A stretch of DNA of 64,000 nucleotides from NCBI GenBank assembly GCA_041937175.2, contig CP166615.1, positions 2,496,001 to 2,560,000 on the forward strand. The letters are read 5' to 3'. The position numbers and the translations under genes are program-made. This document shows, one piece after another, positions 50,771 through 61,753 of the stretch; within the stretch, counting starts at the first letter, position 1, and every line of letters begins with the position of its first letter. The notes under the pieces are model-generated. The model was given only the letters and a program-made list of their open reading frames with translations, did no database searches and had not been told where the DNA came from. The stretch is from Limnothrix sp. BL-A-16 (lineage in GTDB: Bacteria; Cyanobacteriota; Cyanobacteriia; CACIAM-69d).

Positions 50771-53700
50771 CTAAACCAAGATGAAGTCCTGGCTGTTCAC
50801 GAATTGCAAGGCGGGGATGCCCTGAAGACGAGCGATCGGGGTCTCGCCCGCCCGAACCAGGATCGAGTTGCCCTCTTCCACAAAGGACAAATCGGTAAAT
50901 CGCAACCCACCGGCCAGCGCGATTCGGTCATTGTTAGCGAAGTAGTCAGAAATGATGTCCACGCCGCGATTGAGACCGATCACAAAGGTGTCAATTCCCT
51001 CGCCCCCAAAGAGCACATCATCCCCTTGATCACCGGAGAGCACGTCATTGCCCGCGCTGCCCGTGAGGGTGTCGTTCCCCTTGCCCCCAAAAAGGGTGTC
51101 GTCATCCTCGCAACCATCCAGTTGGTCATCGCCATCGTTGCCAAAGAGCAAGTCATTCCCGGCGTTACCGGACAACACATCGTTATCGGAAGCCGTGCCA
51201 ACGGACTGGGGCCGATCGGGATTGTTGCCGTAGAGGGTATCGTTGCCCGCTTCACCGCAGAGGGTGTCGTTGCCCCGATCGCCCATCAACAGATCCAACC
51301 CAGCACCACCCCAGAGGTAGTCATTCCCCTGACCACCCCGGGCCGTGTCGTTGCCATCTTCGCCCGCCAGGCTGTCGTTGCCATCGTTGCCCAACAGCAA
51401 GTCTTCATTGCCGCCGCCCAACAGCAGATCGTTGCCGGTGCGATCGGGATCCCGCGTGTTGTTGTTGCCACCAATTAGGGTGTCGTTGCCCAGGTCACCG
51501 GACAACACATCATTGCCCTTATCGCCATAGAGCAAATCGTTGTCCTTACCGCCATACACCAAGTCATCCTCTTGACCGGCATAGATGGTGTCCTGGCCCT
51601 GGCCGCCATTCAGGTTGTCTTGGCCACGACCGCCATAGAGCAGGTCATCGTCCGCGCCGCCCCCGATCGGGACATTGCTGCCGCCGCTGCCCAACAGGGT
51701 GTCGTTGCCCAGGTCACCGTAGAGCACGTCATTGCCCAAATCGCCCAGGATCAAATCATTATCCCGGCCGCCAAAGGCCGTGTCCTTGCCGTCGCCCCCG
51801 GAGAGGGTGTCTTGGCCTTCGTTCCCATAAAGCAGGTCATCGCCGCCCAAGCCAAACAACAGGTCTTGGCCGTTGGGATCGGAAATGAGGCGCACGCCGG
51901 TTCCACCGATCAGGGTGTCGTTGCCCAGGTCACCGATCAGAATGTCGCTACCCCGATCGCCGTGCAGCAAGTCGGCTTCCTTGCCGCCACGGATGTAGTC
52001 ATCCCCTTGGCCGCCAAACACCGTATCTTCACCTTCATTGGCGCTGATTACGTCGTTTTCGGTGTTGCCAAAGATCAGATCCCGATCGCTCGGATCCGGC
52101 CGGTTATCCGGGCGACCCTGGCCGCCGATGATGGTGTCGGCTCCTTGGTCGCCACGCAGGATGTCACTGCCCCGATCGCCCAGCAGAATATCGTTATCCT
52201 TGCCGCCATTGATGATGTCTTGGCCATTACCGCCAAAGATCACATCATCACCCTCATTCCCGTTGAGCAGATCGTTGCCCTCGCCGCCACCGAGGCGATC
52301 GGCATCCACCCCGGAACCCACCGCAGCACGATTGCCCAGACCACCAAAAATGGAATCGTTGCCAAGGTCGCCAATCAGTTCATCGGAACCGGGGCCGCCC
52401 CGCAGGCGATCGTTCCCCGCAAACCCCGACACAAAATCGTTGGACGCTGTGCCCACCAAATCATCATTACCCGGCGTGCCCAACAGTCGGTTCCCGCCAG
52501 TTTCGGGCGGCGGCGGAATCACCAACGCGGGTAGCTCAGGCACAATCAGAGGATTGGGAATTTGCCAGGAAGCCGCCAACGGCGAGGCCACACAACCGCA
52601 ATTCGGGGCCGCACCCGCCACATCAGTAAAGCTAGTGATGAAGAAGGGTAGATCTCCCAAGGCCCTATTAACCGGAGTGGGCGGCGTGGGTGGCGTGCTC
52701 GCCACCGAAATTCCCGGCGGCGCAATAAAGGAAATCGTGCCACTGATCAGGCTGCGATTGCCTTTTATATCAATCACATCGAAGGTCAGAAAGTCCTTAC
52801 CCGTGAAATCGGCCCGGGGAATAAAGAACAGATTGCCGAATTCTTCCGGAGTCAGGAGGCCCGTGCTGGTGATTTTGCGCCCCCCATTGAACGGATCGCC
52901 CACGTACAAGTCACCCAAAGCCGGTAGGCGGGTGATGTTGTAATTTTTGATGGAATCGCTGTTCGGGTCGATCGCCGTGGGTGGTAATCCCCCCAGTCGA
53001 AACTTGGCAACCCCGTTTTCGGGAGGCTCGGTCAAATCCGTGGCCGAGCCGGGAACCACGTTGAAGATCCCGTTCAAGGGAACCGGCGGTTCGGCAATAA
53101 TTTCCGGGCGATCGAACAATACCGTTGCTGAATCTGGACTCAGGTTCCCCTTGTCATCCCTGGCGGAGTACTTGAAGAACCCTTTGCCATCCGGTGACTC
53201 AAACCGTAGGTTACCGACATTTCCCGGCGGAATCGATTGCCCCGCCGACAGGGAAACCTTCGCCCCCGTCAGTGGATCGAGCAGAAACAGTGAACTCCCC
53301 GGGGGAATTTCCGTAATCACAAATTCCCGAATCGGATCACTATCGGGATCCGCCGCCGCCAACGGAATGGAACCATTGGGGTTATAGGGCAACACCAAGT
53401 TGAGCGGGGTCGGCGGTGTATTCACACCCCCCACCACGCGCGTCGCATCGGTCGCTGTAATCACCTGGGGCGCGAGGGGCCCCAAATCCGGATCAAAAAG
53501 CCCGGCCGGAAGGGAGACTCGGGCCGTGTTGGTGATCACCCCGGTAGCCGTCTCCGAAAGGCGACCCGACACCTGGAAGGTTTTCGTTTCTCCAGCATTG
53601 AGCGCCAAGCCAATCCCGGGAGGAGCCAGCACATTGGGATTCCAAACGGGACTGAGCAACTCTGCCGGGGGCGCATCGGACAGATTCAGCAAAAACGGGG

Positions 53701-55348
53701 CCGTAATGTCGCAGCCCCCGGTGTTGGAGATCGTAATGCTGTAGGTAATGGTGCTGCCGGGCAGTACTGCTTCTAGACCATCGGTTTTGGTGAGATTAAT
53801 GTTGGGCTTGATCGGCTGGCTGGGCAACGTTCCCAGGTCACCCACGCTGATTGCCTGATCGGAGGTGAGGGCTACACCGTTAATCACGGTTCCCGCTGGA
53901 ATCCGTGTGCGGGCCACCAGGGACACGGCTCCCGAATTTTGGTCAATCCGATATAGCCCTGCACCACCCGGGTTTTGACCCGTTGTGGTGGCATAAAGGT
54001 TGCCATCGTAACCTAAGGCTAGCCCTGCGAAGGGAACACTGTTTTTGGTTAAGAGTTGCGCCGAAACTGGGATGGGAGTGCCATCAAAAGGTTTAGCCAA
54101 CTCAGTTGCCGGGATCCTATAAAGACGACCGGTCGTTGGCCCGTTAGCGGGGCTCCGCAAAACCATGAGCAGTGATCCATCGATGGGATCCACCGCAAAG
54201 TCACCACTGGTGGAGCCACTCACCCCATCATCAGGTGGCAAATCATCAGGGTTACTGGAACCGATGATGCTCGTGATTTGCAGTCTTTTGGAGAGAATTT
54301 GGCTGGAGGCGGCTGTGGAAGCGGCCACATTAATAAAGTCGATCGTCCGACCACTGCCCGCAATTAGGTTCCCCGCCGTATCAAAGGCTAAGCGCCCAGA
54401 GTTGAGGGTGTTAGGCACGGGAGTGCCACTGCCACCGGCTAAATCGGTGACCTGGATCGTACCGCCCCCGTTGGGTAAGCCATAGATGCGGTTGGAGTTG
54501 GGTTCACGGGCGATCGCGTCGCTGGCCAGGAAATTAGCCTGCTGTAGCTTCACTTCTCCCGTGGCCAAATCAACCGTTACCAGGTCGTTTTGTCCACCAC
54601 TACCATCGAAGTTGGCGATCCCAAGGAATTGGTTGGGAATACAGGGAGCCAACAGACCGGGATATTGGGCGATCGCCCGTTGCGTGAAGGGCACTTGGGC
54701 TTGCAGGGGCCCGGTCGATCGATCCAAGCGCCAAGATCCACCCCGATCGGCCGCGCCCACGAGGCTGGTGGCCGCGCCCACGGTTGCTTGGGTCAGGTGG
54801 GCCAGGGTTTCAATCAGTTGCTGCCCCAAGATGCCGGCCCCCGTGCGGCAACCATAGAGCAAAATTTCGGCTCGATCGCTCAGCAACAAAGCCCAACGCC
54901 GCAGCCAGTCCCGCACATCCCGAGACAGATCCGCCGCAGACAGCCCCCGATCGCCCAACTGCAACCAGCCCGGTTGACCGTGAGCAATCACATGGAGTTG
55001 TTGAACCGGTTTTTCAGCTAAGGCTTGGGTCATTTGGGCCCAAGCTGCTTCCGTTGGCTCCAACCTCAGCACCCTTGCGCCGGGCTGCACTCCCTGAATC
55101 AATTGGTCGATCGCTTCTACCCTTGCATCAATCACAACCAGGGTGGATTCAAGGTTGTTGGGCTGGCGTGACTGAAAAGACGTAGACAAAACAATCGATC
55201 GATCGGTGGACTGCAATGAGCCATCAAAATGTTGATCTTGCGAATCACAATTTTGATCATTGCTTTGGCGTTGCATCGATGATGAACCCTCAGCAAAAAT
55301 ACTCAGAGTAGTCAACCCAGACGATTGTGTTGATTGATGCGTGCTCAT
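50771..55348 (-). CDS. Large RTX exoprotein: DUF4347 + propeller-like + DUF11/Ig-like + Ca2+-binding repeats
   Basis: DUF4347 (HVIAHG, LYGC, GGSW), LTKTDG..PGSTITYSITISN, dozens of GGxGxDxL repeats. Confidence 0.88.
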   Translation of the reverse strand: MSTHQSTQSSGLTTLSIFAEGSSSMQRQSNDQNCDSQDQHFDGSLQSTDRSIVLSTSFQSRQPNNLESTLVVIDARVEAIDQLIQGVQPGARVLRLEPTEAAWAQMTQALAEKPVQQLHVIAHGQPGWLQLGDRGLSAADLSRDVRDWLRRWALLLSDRAEILLYGCRTGAGILGQQLIETLAHLTQATVGAATSLVGAADRGGSWRLDRSTGPLQAQVPFTQRAIAQYPGLLAPCIPNQFLGIANFDGSGGQNDLVTVDLATGEVKLQQANFLASDAIAREPNSNRIYGLPNGGGTIQVTDLAGGSGTPVPNTLNSGRLAFDTAGNLIAGSGRTIDFINVAASTAASSQILSKRLQITSIIGSSNPDDLPPDDGVSGSTSGDFAVDPIDGSLLMVLRSPANGPTTGRLYRIPATELAKPFDGTPIPVSAQLLTKNSVPFAGLALGYDGNLYATTTGQNPGGAGLYRIDQNSGAVSLVARTRIPAGTVINGVALTSDQAISVGDLGTLPSQPIKPNINLTKTDGLEAVLPGSTITYSITISNTGGCDITAPFLLNLSDAPPAELLSPVWNPNVLAPPGIGLALNAGETKTFQVSGRLSETATGVITNTARVSLPAGLFDPDLGPLAPQVITATDATRVVGGVNTPPTPLNLVLPYNPNGSIPLAAADPDSDPIREFVITEIPPGSSLFLLDPLTGAKVSLSAGQSIPPGNVGNLRFESPDGKGFFKYSARDDKGNLSPDSATVLFDRPEIIAEPPVPLNGIFNVVPGSATDLTEPPENGVAKFRLGGLPPTAIDPNSDSIKNYNITRLPALGDLYVGDPFNGGRKITSTGLLTPEEFGNLFFIPRADFTGKDFLTFDVIDIKGNRSLISGTISFIAPPGISVASTPPTPPTPVNRALGDLPFFITSFTDVAGAAPNCGCVASPLAASWQIPNPLIVPELPALVIPPPPETGGNRLLGTPGNDDLVGTASNDFVSGFAGNDRLRGGPGSDELIGDLGNDSIFGGLGNRAAVGSGVDADRLGGGEGNDLLNGNEGDDVIFGGNGQDIINGGKDNDILLGDRGSDILRGDQGADTIIGGQGRPDNRPDPSDRDLIFGNTENDVISANEGEDTVFGGQGDDYIRGGKEADLLHGDRGSDILIGDLGNDTLIGGTGVRLISDPNGQDLLFGLGGDDLLYGNEGQDTLSGGDGKDTAFGGRDNDLILGDLGNDVLYGDLGNDTLLGSGGSNVPIGGGADDDLLYGGRGQDNLNGGQGQDTIYAGQEDDLVYGGKDNDLLYGDKGNDVLSGDLGNDTLIGGNNNTRDPDRTGNDLLLGGGNEDLLLGNDGNDSLAGEDGNDTARGGQGNDYLWGGAGLDLLMGDRGNDTLCGEAGNDTLYGNNPDRPQSVGTASDNDVLSGNAGNDLLFGNDGDDQLDGCEDDDTLFGGKGNDTLTGSAGNDVLSGDQGDDVLFGGEGIDTFVIGLNRGVDIISDYFANNDRIALAGGLRFTDLSFVEEGNSILVRAGETPIARLQGIPALQFVNSQDFILV

Positions 55349-55591
55349 GAAGCTCTCACAGAAAGGTAGAAAACAATGTGTCTTGCATCCCTTTAACGGG
55401 GAAATAAATAGATGCCCCGGACGATTGATAAATTTGAGAGAACTTGATCGTTCTCGTCTAAATTTAATGATGGACTAGTTGTGCCGAGAGAAGGGTCATG
55501 GGTAGTTCCAAAGCATGATATTGATCACGGATTACACCGTGAAAACCAAGCAAGGAAAGTTAGTCCAGACTGTGGCAGAACGAGTATTCGG

Positions 55592-55637
55592 AAATTCACA
55601 ATCTTGATTGAAAATTCACAATCTTGATTGAAAAATT
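55592..55637. promoter_or_regulatory. Tandem 20-bp repeat, each unit containing CAATC-N2-GATTG
   Basis: AAATTCACAATCTTGATTGA x2 plus a partial third unit, about 250 bp upstream of the RTX gene. Confidence 0.45.
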
Positions 55638-56783
55638 CTCGAAAAATTTAAATTTTTTAGAGTGAAATTGATCCATGCATTTTGAGTTCTGATCATGACT
55701 CAATGCCAACCAATTCATTCACTCCTTGTCTTTACGTCTTCCGCTTGAGATCAATCTCAAGGCCATGAAAAGCCATGACGATATCACAATAGCTTGAACG
55801 TACCCTGACCAACGACCTGGGTTTCACCAGGGCGCTGATTTGAGTAAACTGTCTCAGTTGCGAACTTGTAAAGGACTCTTGGGACAGTCCGTGAAATTGA
55901 TGAGACGGTTCGACACCCAAAGGAACGACTTCAAGGCAGATTCTGGGTGATCGAGTATCAAAGACTACAGCCAGTTTCACTGGTTCTTCATCTTTGGTGT
56001 GTAATCTGCGATCGCTCAAACCTTGGGTAGGGTGGCCATCCTTGAGCAACTTCTTGAGTCCTATCTATCTAAAGGAAACATATTTTTCTGTTTGAATGTG
56101 CTTGGATCGATCTGCACCCTGATTTTAAAATATAGCGATAAATTTCTTAAGAAAACTCAGTTCAAAGGAAGATTTTAGATTTTTTCACTGAAATAAAGTC
56201 TTCGTACAATTATTTCTTCAGTTCTCAATTAAGAAAATAAATAATCATCGTTCGATAATTTAAGTTTGGTGGTTCAATAATTTGATTTTTAATTTCCAGT
56301 AATTTTTGATAATTATTTGACAATTAAGTCATCTCGAAATCATGAAAATATCATGATCAAGGTACTCCATTAGCTCTTATACTGCTCAATCATAATTTAG
56401 TCATCATAGTTTGTAGTATTTAGCAGTTGGGATCGAATAATTATCGAATCATAAACACTGAAAGAGAGAACGGATGGGTGAAGGACGAATTGATCGTAAT
56501 CTGGTTTTGATCCTTCGATTACCGTAGCTTGCGTGGCTCAAAATCGAGGGAGACAAAAGACTTTTCGATTGACTCAGACCAATCAGTTCGATCGAGTCCA
56601 GACAATTACAACACTGAGCGCAGAAAGTTAGTTTTCTTGGGTAGATGGGACTCCAGAAATGATGTCAGGCTGCGTCATCCCGCCTGGGGTTTGGTTGATT
56701 GCATCCTAAACCGCAAAAATGAAAAACCAGTGAAGCCACAGAAATCATGGCCCCCAGATACCCTGAATCATCCCTGACTCAGG

Positions 56784-58178
56784 TTATGGATTCGTGAGCG
56801 TTTGCAAGGTCAAAACCTGGGGCGGAGTGGCATCGGGGGGATAGATCAGGCTGACTTGCACGAGCCGATCGCCCTGGGGGGGTAATTGCACGGTCGCGAG
56901 GGGCTGACCCGGTTCTCCTCGGCGCTGCACCAAATGCACATATCGCGTTTGTGGCAACCCCCGATCGTCGGGGTATCGAATGCGGACGGTTCCCCGAAAG
57001 AAGACCGAGTTGGGCAACGGATCGAAAAACTGCAACCCAGGCGCGGGCGCATCAAATTTCACTGGTGTTTCTAGGGCGATCGCCACCGTCTGCGGTTGGG
57101 CTGTGGGGTTATGCAGGGGCAAGGTGAGGTCATATTCAATCCCGTAGTTGCCGTGGGCGGCCCAGGCCGTATCCGGGTAGCGAGCCACGATCGGGGCGGT
57201 TTGCACTTGCTCAGTCCCTAACCGACCGGCAACCAGGGTGCTCACACCATAGGAAAAGGCTGCACCGGGGGCGGGAATGCTGAGGCGTGGGTTGTTGGGC
57301 CCATCGGTGACGATCGCGCGCCAACGGGACCCGATCGCCACGCCGGCCACCCGGCCATAACGTAGGGGGCCCGGTGCGCCGGGGGCCGTGGGAACCGGCT
57401 CGCGTGGCCCTGACAGGGTTCCGGTGGTGAGTGTGGATCGCCAGTCCGCTTCCGTGGGGGGCTGTTCTCCACCGTCGGGGGTTGCCTGGGCAAAACGGGC
57501 GAGGGTAGCGGCATAAACCGGGCGATCGCTGTCCAGACGCAGCAGGGTGGAGCGACCGTTCAGGGGTGGATTGAGCGATCGAACCGGGATGGGCAAACTG
57601 GTCAGCACAATTGTCTCGCCCGGGGGAATGGTGACCCGATCGGGCAAATCCCCTTGGCGGCGGCCTCGCAACACCCAATCCACCGCTCGGCTGCCGGGCC
57701 CCGAGTAGACCTGGCCGATCGGGTTATCCACCATCGGCGGCAGGGCAATGAACGGCGCATCAGGCTGGCTGAGATAGCTGGCCCCCTGAAGAACTCGCAC
57801 CGTTGCCGATCGGTTGGGATCCGCGTTGCCCAACACAATTCCCACATAGAGCGATCGTAGGTCGATCGCCCCATTTGGCCCGGCTGCCTCCGCTTTGGCA
57901 ATGTGGTGGGCAAAAATATCAAACCGTCCTTGAAACACCTGATTAAGGTGCGCCTCTGGACTGCGCATTCCAGCAGGGGGAAAGGTCGAGAGCAAAATTC
58001 CCGCTTGCTGGACAATTTCTGGGCTGTTGCTATTCAGCACAGGCACAGCATCCAAATGCCCCGGGAGCGATCGAACTTCCTGGGGCCGTAGATTTGGCCT
58101 CGGACTCGGTGCAGGCGTTCCGGGTGGCAAGCCCTGCGCTCCCAAAATCCCCGCCAGTAGCCAGCTTGCCAACACCAT
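56784..58178 (-). CDS. DUF3370-family protein
   Basis: LPGHLDAVPVLNSNSPE, GILLSTFP, AHGNYGIEY, YPPDATPPQVL. Confidence 0.85.
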   Translation of the reverse strand: MVLASWLLAGILGAQGLPPGTPAPSPRPNLRPQEVRSLPGHLDAVPVLNSNSPEIVQQAGILLSTFPPAGMRSPEAHLNQVFQGRFDIFAHHIAKAEAAGPNGAIDLRSLYVGIVLGNADPNRSATVRVLQGASYLSQPDAPFIALPPMVDNPIGQVYSGPGSRAVDWVLRGRRQGDLPDRVTIPPGETIVLTSLPIPVRSLNPPLNGRSTLLRLDSDRPVYAATLARFAQATPDGGEQPPTEADWRSTLTTGTLSGPREPVPTAPGAPGPLRYGRVAGVAIGSRWRAIVTDGPNNPRLSIPAPGAAFSYGVSTLVAGRLGTEQVQTAPIVARYPDTAWAAHGNYGIEYDLTLPLHNPTAQPQTVAIALETPVKFDAPAPGLQFFDPLPNSVFFRGTVRIRYPDDRGLPQTRYVHLVQRRGEPGQPLATVQLPPQGDRLVQVSLIYPPDATPPQVLTLQTLTNP

Positions 58179-59022
58179 CCTTCAAACCCTCCCGCAACCA
58201 CAAAGCATTGCGGCTCCCATTATCTCAAACCAACGGCCCCTCCTTGGTTGCCGGCTGCTGGGGTTCCTCAACCCATCGCCCTAATCGAATCGAGCAACTC
58301 GCAACCCTCGATCGCCCCAGCCGTGCAACTCCCCAGCGCAAAAAACCAACGTAGCCCAGCATCTATCGGCACTCAACAGCGAAATTAGCCCAAAAACGGG
58401 CTGAAACGTTTCATTTAGGGTTACTAACCTATTCGTGCCCCTTGGAAGCCGAAATAGTTCAACAGTCCCTTGGCAACAAAGCCACGACAACCCATCAGTC
58501 CCAAGAGGACAATGGCATCAGAAATCGCAATCGAAAATCCTGAGTAATTTTTGGAGTAATTCTTGGAGCAATCTTTGCAGAATCACCTGGGCAGAGTGAT
58601 CAATTTTTCGCCTAAAGGCTTCGTGATTTCTGACAAAAACATCCCGTGATGGCCGTCACCATAATTTAAATTTTTTCAGATTTTCAATCACCAGAAATCT
58701 TGCCCAAAAAGACTTTCAGCTTTTTTGTATTTGATCTTTACTTAATCTTTAAACTTTAAATAGACTTCATAAAACTGGCTTGCAATTAAAGATTCCGCCA
58801 AGAGCCAGAAAAACCCTAGACAGGCCTTCGTAAACACAGTACAAGTAAATCAAGAACCCAAAAGAGCGCGTGCTTTTCCAGGCAAAACAAGCGGACTAAA
58901 TCATTCACCGGTTTGGTAAGTGGGCGCGATCGACATCAAGGGTGCTGTCAGGAAAAGCGATTCCAGCAAAACTACCACTGCTCACCAAGAACATTCGGAT
59001 TAGGACTAGGAGGATTTAAATC

Positions 59023-59766
59023 GTGAAAGGTTTTATTTGGAAAGGCTTTGTCCTCGCAGCGGCTACCCTCGTCGGCACCATGTCTGCCTCCGCCGCCCGC
59101 GCATTGCAACTAACTCCCGAACAGTTGGCCCAATTTGATACTTACGTCCAACAGGAGCGCAAAGCATTCACGGCGCTGGAACTCTCGAAAATTAACCCCA
59201 ACAGCCTGAAGTGGTCGGGTGCTGCTGATTCGCTGGAAGTCTACTTCATCAACGAAGGCGCAGGTTATCGCAACCAGTTGCTCTTTTCCGCCAACGATGG
59301 CCCTTTGAGCACGGTCTTCAACGATGTGTCTTCCAAGGAGTCGATTTTGGCTGAGGCTGATGGCCCCCTGAAGCGGGGTCAAGGCGTGAGCCTCGGATCC
59401 TTCAGCAAAGGCAGCGTGATTGACTTCTTCCTGAACTCTGATGGTTACAGCCGTGGCGAAAACTACGCTGGCATGACTTCGGATCAGGTTTATGGCACCG
59501 GGACTTGGAACTTCTTGGGCGCTGATGCCAACCGCAATGGCGACAAGCTGCAACACATGGTTGCCTATGACCTGGGCGATGGTTGGACTCTGATGGGCTT
59601 TGAGGACATCGTGACCGGCGGTGACCTGGACTATAACGACACGGTGTTCGTGGTTCGTGGTGTGGCTGGCTCGAAGGTGGCAACGCCTGAGCCTTCGGTG
59701 ATGCTATCGCTGGCTGCTGCTGCGGCTCTGGGCCTGGTGTCCCGCCGTCGTCAGCAAGATAGCTAG
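59023..59766 (+). CDS. PEP-CTERM exported protein with DUF4114 domain
   Basis: Signal peptide, GFED..GDLDYND, TPEPS + hydrophobic segment + RRR; AGGAGG RBS. Confidence 0.9.
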   Translation: MKGFIWKGFVLAAATLVGTMSASAARALQLTPEQLAQFDTYVQQERKAFTALELSKINPNSLKWSGAADSLEVYFINEGAGYRNQLLFSANDGPLSTVFNDVSSKESILAEADGPLKRGQGVSLGSFSKGSVIDFFLNSDGYSRGENYAGMTSDQVYGTGTWNFLGADANRNGDKLQHMVAYDLGDGWTLMGFEDIVTGGDLDYNDTVFVVRGVAGSKVATPEPSVMLSLAAAAALGLVSRRRQQDS

Positions 59767-59826
59767 ACCGCTCAAGTGATGCTGCCATGGGTTGCTACTC
59801 AACAGTAGGCAGATGATTGAAGTAGA

Positions 59827-59869
59827 TGGTGGCTAGCGATTGCTAGTCGTTAGCAATCGCTAGCCATCA
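59827..59869. terminator. 16-bp perfect hairpin 3' of the PEP-CTERM gene
   Basis: TGGCTAGCGATTGCTA-gtcgt-TAGCAATCGCTAGCCA; no U-tract. Confidence 0.5.
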
Positions 59870-60132
59870 GACTGGCGGGTGAACCTTTCAATTGGGCTGA
59901 AGTTCCATCCGTCGGTTCGATCGAGCAATGGATATGGATTTGGTTCGGTAGATTATGGGTGAGTTGAGCAAAATCAACTCGCCCACCTTTTTTTGGGCTA
60001 TTTTTCGGCTTTTCGGCTACTTTTCGGCTACCTTGCGGGCAAAGGGTATTTTTTGGGAAAACTGCGCTTGGCCTGTGCCTAGCCTGTGCCATCATCTCCG
60101 GGTTAGGAATGCTGACCGGGAGATGATGGCTT

Positions 60133-61125
60133 TTGGACGTTACAGGATGGATGGCGGCAACGCTGGCGGCTAGTTCGATCGCCCCGGTGGGGATGGCGCA
60201 CCATGGCGTGGGCTGGTTGGGGGCGACGGTGGCGGCGCTGTTTTGGGGGTCGTATCTGATCCCCGTGAAACGGTTGCCAGCGGTGGATCCTTTGGCGGCG
60301 CAACTGAGCATGGCGATCGGGATTGGGCTGTTGGCCATTCCGCTGGCGATCGCCTCTGGAGCTTGGATTCCCAATGGCTGGGGCCTGCTGGCGGGGGTGA
60401 TTTGGGCCTTGGGCAATTACGGCTCCATTTTTGTGGTGCGGGCCTTGGGTTTGGCGCGGGGGTTGGCCCTGTGGGCCACGATCGGGATTGGGGTTTCGTT
60501 TCTTTGGGGGGCGTTATTTTTTCGGGAGCCGGTGTTGTTACCGGTGGCCCTTGGGGGAGTGGCGCTGTTGGTGGCGGGAATTGCCCTGATGAATTGGCCC
60601 GATCGCCCAACCAAAACGCAACCCCCGATCGAACAATCCGCCCATCCACCGGCTAACCGATCGAGCCAACAATCCAGCCGCCGACTCAAAATCCAGGATC
60701 AGGGCTGGTGGCTTTGTGCCGTGGTGGGGTTGCTGTTTGGGTCGCAATCAGTCCCCTTTGCCTTTGCGGCCCAAAGCCCGATCGCCTTTGTGCCGTCTAT
60801 GTCCCTTGGGATTTTGGGAACAGCGAGTCTGTTGGCTGGGCAACGGGGAGGCCGGGTGTTGCGGCAGTTGCCCCGATCGAGCCTGTTGGCGTTGGTTTGC
60901 TCGGGAATGCTCTGGAATGTGGCGAATGTGGGCAGCTTTTTCGCGGTCGATCGCCTCGGGATGGCGGTGGGAATGCCCCTAACTCAGTTTGCGATCGTGG
61001 TGAATGCGGCCTGGGGTCTGTGGTTGTTTCGAGAGGTGACCGGTCGTCAGCGAATTTTGCGAGTGGCGATCGGGACGATCTGCGCCTTTGGTGGAATTAT
61101 TCTGATTGGAGGATCGCGGCTTTGA
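60133..61125 (+). CDS. DMT-superfamily transporter (GRP sugar transporter/TMEM144-like); start may be 60151
   Basis: Two 5-TM halves, FWGSYLIPVK, GVIWALGN / GMLWNVAN, WGxxxFRE. Confidence 0.8.
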   Translation: MDVTGWMAATLAASSIAPVGMAHHGVGWLGATVAALFWGSYLIPVKRLPAVDPLAAQLSMAIGIGLLAIPLAIASGAWIPNGWGLLAGVIWALGNYGSIFVVRALGLARGLALWATIGIGVSFLWGALFFREPVLLPVALGGVALLVAGIALMNWPDRPTKTQPPIEQSAHPPANRSSQQSSRRLKIQDQGWWLCAVVGLLFGSQSVPFAFAAQSPIAFVPSMSLGILGTASLLAGQRGGRVLRQLPRSSLLALVCSGMLWNVANVGSFFAVDRLGMAVGMPLTQFAIVVNAAWGLWLFREVTGRQRILRVAIGTICAFGGIILIGGSRL

Positions 61126-61753
61126 GGATTGTTGGATTTTTAAGTTATTGGATTTTTCAGGCGCTTGGTCTTCGATCTTTGATATTTCGTCTGTATAAAG
61201 CCTTTGCCTAAAGCAATCAGCCTGTCACATTGCAGATGCTATGGAGGCTAAAACTGATTTGCCAAGCGTTGCCGCTATGCCTATTAAGCGAGGTGAAAGC
61301 TATTGGCCAGTGAAAGAGGTCGATGCACTTGCATAACTCTAGTCACGATAAAATTTCCTCGAAGGGGAGTGTGCTTCCGCAGATGAAGGGTAAAACCCAG
61401 AATTTTGGGCAGAGACTAAAGTCGATTAATGACACCCCACCGGGAAAGTTGATTTCGCGCTTGCCATCCAATACACAGTCGGGCTACCTTATACTTGCAG
61501 TAAAGTTCTTAGATTGTTGGTAGCATAAGCATCACCAAACGTCTTTTGAAAAAGATGCAGGTTTTAACTCGCTTACTAGGCATGGTTGTTCGTAGGGAAG
61601 CCATGCCCGCCTAGATAATTGCTTCATGGCATCTGTGATATGGCGCACCGATCATCCTAGGTAAAGACTGTGGTTTGAAAAACTAGTAGCAAAAATGGTT
61701 GATTACGCATTTTACTATTTTCTTATTCAAGCGTTAAACCCAGGAGTAATTGA

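Noticed and set aside
51572..52943. Plus-strand repetitive ORFs
   Set aside because: Antisense shadows of the RTX repeats
55732..56049. 105-aa ORF in the AT-rich region
   Set aside because: TTG start, no recognisable motif or coding-like composition
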